NCBI GenBank assembly: GCA_965372715.1
Contig: CBDVDH010000033.1
Span: 1-41,739 of the forward strand
Reading direction: 5' to 3'
Length of the DNA stretch: 41,739 nt
From: an uncultured bacterium
GTDB taxonomy: Bacteria; B130-G9
Shown here piece by piece: positions 37,301 through 41,739 of this stretch. Made by a program: the position numbers and the translations under genes. Under the pieces are notes generated by a model. It was not told the origin of the DNA, did not search any database, and worked only from the letters and a program-made list of their open reading frames with translations. The first letter of the stretch is position 1, and each line of letters begins with the position of its first letter.

Positions 37301-37820
37301 GATCGCTGCTTGTCACATTCGTAACCACCAAGTCCCCATGTCCGAGGTTGGCGAGTATGAAGTCCGCTGGCAAGCACGAGCCAGGGGGCGCATAGTCGAA
37401 GTCGTAAGTGTCCGGCGTCACAGAAATACGTGGCGGGACGCCGGTTCCCGAGACGTTGACGACGAAGTCGCCGCCGGGATCATTGCTCACGAACGTTACC
37501 GTGCCCGCGTAGTCGGTCTGAGCTTGGGGACAGAATGCTATGACGACGTTCTGTGTGGCAGCCGACGCGACCGTGGCAGGTGTTGAGAAGATAACCTCGA
37601 ATACTACGGGATCGCTGCTTATCACATTCAAGACTGACAGCGTTGCGTTGCCGTTGTTGGCGAGCGTGAAGTCCGCCGGCAAGCACGAGCCAATGTCCCC
37701 GTAGCCGAAGTCGTACGTGTCCGGCGTCACAGAAATATCAGGCTCAGCGGCCAGCAAACCTTGCGCGGCAACGACCATCACAAAAGCCGCAAGAACAACT
37801 GTGAGCTTCCTCATACTCAT
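34395..37820 (-). CDS. Large secreted Ig-like protein with seven choice-of-anchor-D/ASPM-SPD-2-Hydin-like domains and an FN3-like module
   Basis: GGAGG RBS, signal peptide; repeated P.I.V.P...DFG...N.G...L.....F.P......G......SNDP; WTAPADD...SYDIRYS; AVELSWF. Confidence 0.88.
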   Translation of the reverse strand: MSMRKLTVVLAAFVMVVAAQGLLAAEPDISVTPDTYDFGYGDIGSCLPADFTLANNGNATLSVLNVISSDPVVFEVIFSTPATVASAATQNVVIAFCPQAQTDYAGTVTFVSNDPGGDFVVNVSGTGVPPRISVTPDTYDFDYAPPGSCLPADFILANLGHGDLVVTNVTSSDPSVFEVVFSTPATIDLGATIGVVIAFYPPAAMDYAGTVTFVSNDPDGDFVVNVTGTGVPPDIAVTPDTLDFGYGVVGACLPGDFVIGNDGHGDLEITDVISSDPVVFEFTLSTPATIGSGATIGMVIAFCPQAQTDYEGTVTFVSNDPDGDFVVNLSGTAVEADISFDPAAAVDGHDFGAVRLCNTVEWIFVMKNATSATADFGYDFATALPFTVLPTTGTLGIGSLATVTVTFHPTELGATTGTLVLSSANPDFGANVVFDLAGFGVAPDIDTITEYQFPDTPKRGISDYSLDVTNIATDATAVLLSVTNITSNATDFTIVGVTNATIATGETKSFTIRFCPSTIGTISGVITVYSDDPDTPVWDIDVSGVGLEAPFMQFPNLEAVVNFGTLRVGEVTTGTLEIANMGEANLEITNIDITENAESFSLDFATLGTLGTTGAGIGTQWTIEPGYVLFVDVSFHPVEIGATTGVLTILSNDPVEPTYEITLTGTAQAAPNVVVEPTSLDFGMLFVGDAAQLTFTISNTSQLVALNLTGITSDTADYVVTVDTELPVTIATISPVEVTVEFTPSTIGTITGIVTVSTDDPETPNVEVSLFGIGYDDLIPPGTISTLEAQTGAVATAGVVLSWTAPADDATDATSGPCVSYDIRYSDTGPINTMDDFDAATPLDTSEIIPATPGTLEIYEFEMPEESVEYWFAMTSTDDRGNVSGLSNTTNAVSLAVELSWFKASAGDGRVVLTWQTVSEMENLGFYLVRSTDLNGRFARLNRGLIEGAGTTVEPQFYSYTDESVINGVTYYYCLVAVDYFGVEQRSELVAATPFEGNWAISVDVSTNKSRFIPGDELVVAIGASNRGETVVIDARIWVTLPSGRSFELLAVDSAFLDGGVSVVADLLNYTFSRRDASGEYLITCMITDSENGSIVSYEVTSLVLTRRATVLPPSAWRGLDSSHDTATGLEMNMDDMILTP
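36816..37742 (-). repeat. Three tandem 309 bp (103 aa) repeats
   Basis: GTCCGGCGTCACAG recurs at 37101, 37410 and 37719 (period 309). Confidence 0.92.
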
Positions 37821-37985
37821 CTCACTCCTCCAATCAGAGTTAGTAAATGGTTATCGACTTTGCCAGATGGGCTGTAAAGCCTTAATCTAGCACAAATCAA
37901 ATTGACGAAAGACCTGTCACGTTTCGCCTGCATTGATACTATTTGCTTAGATCCCAAACGAACTAGAGAACCAGATCGAGAGGAG

Positions 37986-38014
37986 ATAATAATCATCCCT
38001 CGAACGTAAGTCAA
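37986..38014 (-). promoter_or_regulatory. Probable sigma70 promoter for the adhesin gene
   Basis: Minus strand TTGACT-17 nt-TATTAT. Confidence 0.6.
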
Positions 38015-38109
38015 GTGTTTCTCGATTGACCACTGACGCGCGTCAATCTCAAACATTTCGGGGCAGGGAATATACACCCCTTGACTGAATAGATCAAGCG
38101 AAAAATGAG

Positions 38110-38136
38110 AAGTCGAAAGTCGAAGGTCGAAAGTCG
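38110..38136 (+). repeat. Heptamer tandem repeat (AAGTCGA) x ~4
   Basis: AAGTCGA AAGTCGA AGGTCGA AAGTCG. Confidence 0.8.
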
Positions 38137-38225
38137 CCGAGGCAGGTTGCAGGCTCGCCGGAATGCGGTAGTTCGCGCAGTTTCGCTCAACTCGCTTCCC
38201 TTACTAGTCAAACAGATTGTCTGCA

Positions 38226-39884
38226 CTAGTCGAACAGGTTGCTCGATTCTGTGCCGTCCTCTCGCTTAACTCGTGGGGCCTTCTTGAACGTAACGTTGAC
38301 GTGTCTTTCTGGCGGGTATTCAATTCCCTTGCCTGCCATTATGTTCTCAACCGTGAGAATCTGGATGCGAGGATAGTGCTTGTCCCACCCGGGCGAGTAG
38401 TAAGGCTCCGCGCCCGCAGCCTCAATTCGCATCGGCTTCGTCGGCGGCAGCATCGTTATCAGGACGCCTATTGCGGCCTTTTCACGCTCCACAACGCCTC
38501 GCAGGTCCCGGAGGTGCGATACGCCCACGTGGCCTGCCTTGACGGACAGGACTATCTGCTTCGTCTCGCCGCCCTCGCCCTCATCGTGAAAATACAACCG
38601 GCCATCGATCCCCCTGTCGGCCCCCTTCCTCTGTTCGACCGGCCTTGCCCCAACTAAGCCCAGCGCCCACCACTGGAACTGATATGGGTTCTGCTTCGCC
38701 AGGGCCATCGCGCCGGAGACGGACACCGGCTCACCGACGACCTCAAACTCCTCCTTAATGCTTTCACCGAAGGCGTTCTCAAGCCGGTGCTTCATGAGAG
38801 TTACGGCAAGGTGTGTTATGTCAATCCCGATCCACCGGCGCTTGAGCCGCTGTGCCACGGCGGTCGTCGTCCCGCATCCGCAGAATGGATCAAGTACCAG
38901 GTCGCCCTCGCTGCTGCTCGCCTCGATGATGCGCTCAAGGAGCGCCTCTGGCTTCTGCGTCGGGTAGCCCAGCCGCTCCCTAGAAGCTGCACTCAGCGCC
39001 TTGATGTCATCCCAAAGCGATTGGACAGGCACGCCTTTACCGTCTTCCAGATATTGCTTTCGCTGCGGAACGGAACCGGGCTTAACTTGGACAATCAGGC
39101 CTTGGTCATAGAACTCCTGCATACGCTTTCTTGAATACCTCCAGAAGCGCCGAACCCCAAGGAACTCGTATTCTGGATTGCCCTTCGATGCTCCTCCGGG
39201 CCCGATCATGCTGATGAGCCTGTAACGTCTCCCATTTTGATCTGTGTATCTGAAGAATTGGCCAACATACTTCTTGCTGTATTCCTTAAAAACCGGAGCA
39301 AAAGCATATCGTTCTGTCTTGCTGTAGAAGAAGATGGTGTCGGTGTTGCGCCCAAAGAACTTGCTTCCCTGACCGACGTTTCCCTTAACCGTATGGGCAC
39401 GCTTCCAGGTGATCTCATTGCGGAAGTTCCGCGGGCCAAATACAGCGTCCATGAGCAGCTTCAGGTAGTGGCTCGCAGTTGGGTCGCAGTGCAGGTAGAT
39501 GCTGCCGGTTGGTTTGAGGACGCGCTTCAGCTCGACGAGGCGCGGGGCCATCATCGAGAGATAGGCCAGCATGTCGTTGTCGCCCAGGAGCTTCCTGAAG
39601 CCCTGCATCGTCTCTGAGACGCGGCCTCCAGCCTCGACGACCTGGCGATAGGCCATCGCCGCCTCTTGGTCCCAGCGCCACGTGTCCTTGAACGCCTTTA
39701 TCTGGGCCGAGGAGCGAGTCCCGTTCCTCTCCGTGAAGAGGACGTTGTAGTTCTGGTTGCTCTTGAACGGCGGGTCAAGGTAGATGAGGTCAACGGATTC
39801 GTCCTTCACGTGCAGTTTCAGGACTTCAAGGTTGTCGCCGTAGTAGAGAGTGTTTCTCATTTGAGGTGGCATATGTCTTGTCAT
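38226..39884 (-). CDS. Beta-class N6/N4 DNA methyltransferase fused to an Mrr-like restriction-endonuclease-fold domain (start may be 39860)
   Basis: [29 protein letters not shown]-terminal GADRGIDG...SVKAG. Confidence 0.9.
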   Translation of the reverse strand: MTRHMPPQMRNTLYYGDNLEVLKLHVKDESVDLIYLDPPFKSNQNYNVLFTERNGTRSSAQIKAFKDTWRWDQEAAMAYRQVVEAGGRVSETMQGFRKLLGDNDMLAYLSMMAPRLVELKRVLKPTGSIYLHCDPTASHYLKLLMDAVFGPRNFRNEITWKRAHTVKGNVGQGSKFFGRNTDTIFFYSKTERYAFAPVFKEYSKKYVGQFFRYTDQNGRRYRLISMIGPGGASKGNPEYEFLGVRRFWRYSRKRMQEFYDQGLIVQVKPGSVPQRKQYLEDGKGVPVQSLWDDIKALSAASRERLGYPTQKPEALLERIIEASSSEGDLVLDPFCGCGTTTAVAQRLKRRWIGIDITHLAVTLMKHRLENAFGESIKEEFEVVGEPVSVSGAMALAKQNPYQFQWWALGLVGARPVEQRKGADRGIDGRLYFHDEGEGGETKQIVLSVKAGHVGVSHLRDLRGVVEREKAAIGVLITMLPPTKPMRIEAAGAEPYYSPGWDKHYPRIQILTVENIMAGKGIEYPPERHVNVTFKKAPRVKREDGTESSNLFD

Positions 39885-39951
39885 ATCTGAACACGGCTCA
39901 CATTGCGCTTCCCGATTCGGTCATGGGATTCAATCTCGCCTAGGACTTACC

Positions 39952-40015
39952 GCCTAAGTAGGCCGCGTTCAACTGTGGCGCCGGAGACGACGACAGCTGC
40001 AACGTCTGGTTATAG
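39952..40015 (-). mobile_element. Degenerate integron attC-like site
   Basis: Minus strand CTATAAC-5 nt-GTTGCAGC-hairpin-GTTGAAC-8 nt-CTTAGGC; the upstream gene's TAA lies within R''. Confidence 0.55.
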
Positions 40016-41140
40016 CGGGGCTTCATCGTCGACCGGGTGTATCGACTGAAGCATAAGGCGCTGACCTTTGCGCTGCGCTACGACTATAACACACTGTTCG
40101 AACATAGGCCTAACAATGTCGCTCATCATTCCCCGGGGAACAAAGAACTTACGAGACTTGCCCGTTTTCTCATCAACTACTTGGATTTGCCCTAGGTCTG
40201 ATTTCCTGGCGTCGGCTTCCAACAGAATTCCTAGTTCCTCGAATGGTTGGTCAGGCTCGGCTCGCGCGGGCTCGATCGCAGCTACCCGGATGCGTTCGCG
40301 CGTCCGGGAAAGTGCGACGCGACGTTCGCCCTTAGCGGTTATTGCTGTAAAGCCGACGCGCCGGATGTTTTCGCCATCCGGCGCGATTTTCTCGGACAGA
40401 CCGACGAAGTTCCGGAAATACGACTCGTCCTGAATGTGCTCCTCAAGCTTCTGAAGATCGCCTGCGTCGAGAAGCTCAAAACAATCCAACAGATCGTCGA
40501 TCACATCGCGGGGGAACTCCATTCCCGGAAGGCTTTGCTGGGGGCCTCCGATGCGCAAGGACAGTGCAAAGCTTGCCGCGCGCGGCGCAGACACGTAGAG
40601 CTTCATCTTCTTGGCCAACTCTTTCGATCGCGGCCCCCTCTCACCGAACTGGAGGCCGCTCTTGCGCTCGGCAGTGCGATAAACCAGCGGCTCTATGTCC
40701 CGCACTCGTGACCAGAAAACGCTCGCCGGGGTGATGCCGAAACCCACGGCCGGCCCTTCCAGTGAGATCTGGAACTCCCCCGGCTGCAGCACTATGCCTC
40801 GGAGCGACAGATGCCGTTGGAAATAAACATCTTCTAAAAGATCTCGCAGTTCTTCAGCGATCTCTTCCGGGGGATTCCCAGCAAGGGCACGCCCGATCAG
40901 ACGCTCGGCCTCCCGGAATTCTCTGCACTCCAGCGCAAGCGAGGCAGCGCTTCGGTGAAGAACGGACCTCGTGGGCTCTAGCTCGGACTGGTCTTCGGTT
41001 CCATGAGCAGCATCGCGCTCTAGCTCAAAGGCCCTGCGCATAAGCTCCAAAGCACGGTCGGGATAGCCGCGCCTCCGTTCGGCGCTGGCCTCCTCTGCAA
41101 GCGTCATTGCTTCCCGGTGAAGCCGGGCTATCTCGTTCAT
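40010..41140 (-). CDS. Hypothetical protein: TPR-like helical N-terminus, central alpha/beta region, possible OB-like C-terminus
   Basis: 376 aa; EPTRSVLHRSAASLALEC; ATGA overlap with the upstream gene. Confidence 0.75.
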   Translation of the reverse strand: MNEIARLHREAMTLAEEASAERRRGYPDRALELMRRAFELERDAAHGTEDQSELEPTRSVLHRSAASLALECREFREAERLIGRALAGNPPEEIAEELRDLLEDVYFQRHLSLRGIVLQPGEFQISLEGPAVGFGITPASVFWSRVRDIEPLVYRTAERKSGLQFGERGPRSKELAKKMKLYVSAPRAASFALSLRIGGPQQSLPGMEFPRDVIDDLLDCFELLDAGDLQKLEEHIQDESYFRNFVGLSEKIAPDGENIRRVGFTAITAKGERRVALSRTRERIRVAAIEPARAEPDQPFEELGILLEADARKSDLGQIQVVDEKTGKSRKFFVPRGMMSDIVRPMFEQCVIVVAQRKGQRLMLQSIHPVDDEAPL

Positions 41141-41664
41141 CGTTTCGCTACCCGGCTCTCAGGCTGGCTGAACTCGACAATCACAACGACGGCGGGTAGC
41201 AGGCTACTATCCGAGCGCTCTGTCTGTCTCAGCTTTTTCCGCACCCGGCTGGCTATTGCAGCTTTGGCTCCGGCCCGAATACCTGACACCTCAAGGCGCG
41301 CCCGACTCTGAAACAGCGAGTCCGAGTCGTCGGTGGGTCCCAGCCAGTAATCAAACCCAGTGCCCTTTTTGGCTCGCTCAACCACCTGTAATCCCGACAG
41401 TTCTGGCGCCAGAAGGCTTGCAATGGCACAGGCACCGTACTCGGTCGCTTCGTCGTCGTTATTCCAACACCGTCGAATCTGATCGGACGTAGGATCCCAT
41501 TCCAATGTTGCGCTTCCCGTCACTTCTCCGGAGATTAGCATAGGAGTAGGGCTTGAGTGTCCTTGATCCTCTAGGCAGACACTGGCCGCCTGAGCAAGGG
41601 CTTCCCCGACTCCCGAGGTCAACCCTGGGGCGCCTGACTTCAGGTCTCTGAGTCTGAGCGGCAA
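41137..41664 (-). CDS. Hypothetical protein, possible PD-(D/E)xK-fold nuclease
   Basis: 175 aa; EATEYGA...GFDYWL...LEVSG spacing; GAGGGG upstream of TTG. Confidence 0.7.
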   Translation of the reverse strand: MPLRLRDLKSGAPGLTSGVGEALAQAASVCLEDQGHSSPTPMLISGEVTGSATLEWDPTSDQIRRCWNNDDEATEYGACAIASLLAPELSGLQVVERAKKGTGFDYWLGPTDDSDSLFQSRARLEVSGIRAGAKAAIASRVRKKLRQTERSDSSLLPAVVVIVEFSQPESRVAKR

Positions 41665-41739
41665 CTCACGCCCCTCGGGAACGACTAGTGTAGTGTATCT
41701 TATTTACCTTTCACATACGAGGTTGTAGAGCGGGGCCAG

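Overview
GC-rich chromosomal window from a flagellated, diderm bacterium (outer-membrane beta-barrel gene present); the lineage cannot be fixed from sequence alone. From 1 to 9 kb: flagellar export and switch genes (fliR-flhB-flhA-flhF-flhG-small membrane ORF-fliM-fliY-like). Next come a DinG/YoaA helicase, tatA, two glycosyltransferases, an RDD protein, nfi and a SAM methyltransferase. Several large secreted proteins follow (two FG-GAP proteins, an S8 protease, a choice-of-anchor-D adhesin), three of which share a C-terminal domain. A S41-like/divergent polysaccharide deacetylase pair is interrupted by an opposite-strand three-gene cassette, followed by priA. The right end is a defence-like cluster: DNA methyltransferase-Mrr fusion plus an uncharacterised two-gene module ending in an attC-like site. 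The most striking feature is a set of 27-78 bp palindromic repeats found between genes, nested in one another, and inserted in frame into priA (twice), flhF and fliY; one copy supplies the probable ribosome-binding site and start codon of the helicase. No rRNA, tRNA, CRISPR array, transposase or integrase was seen. All family assignments are from motif recognition; no database searches were run.
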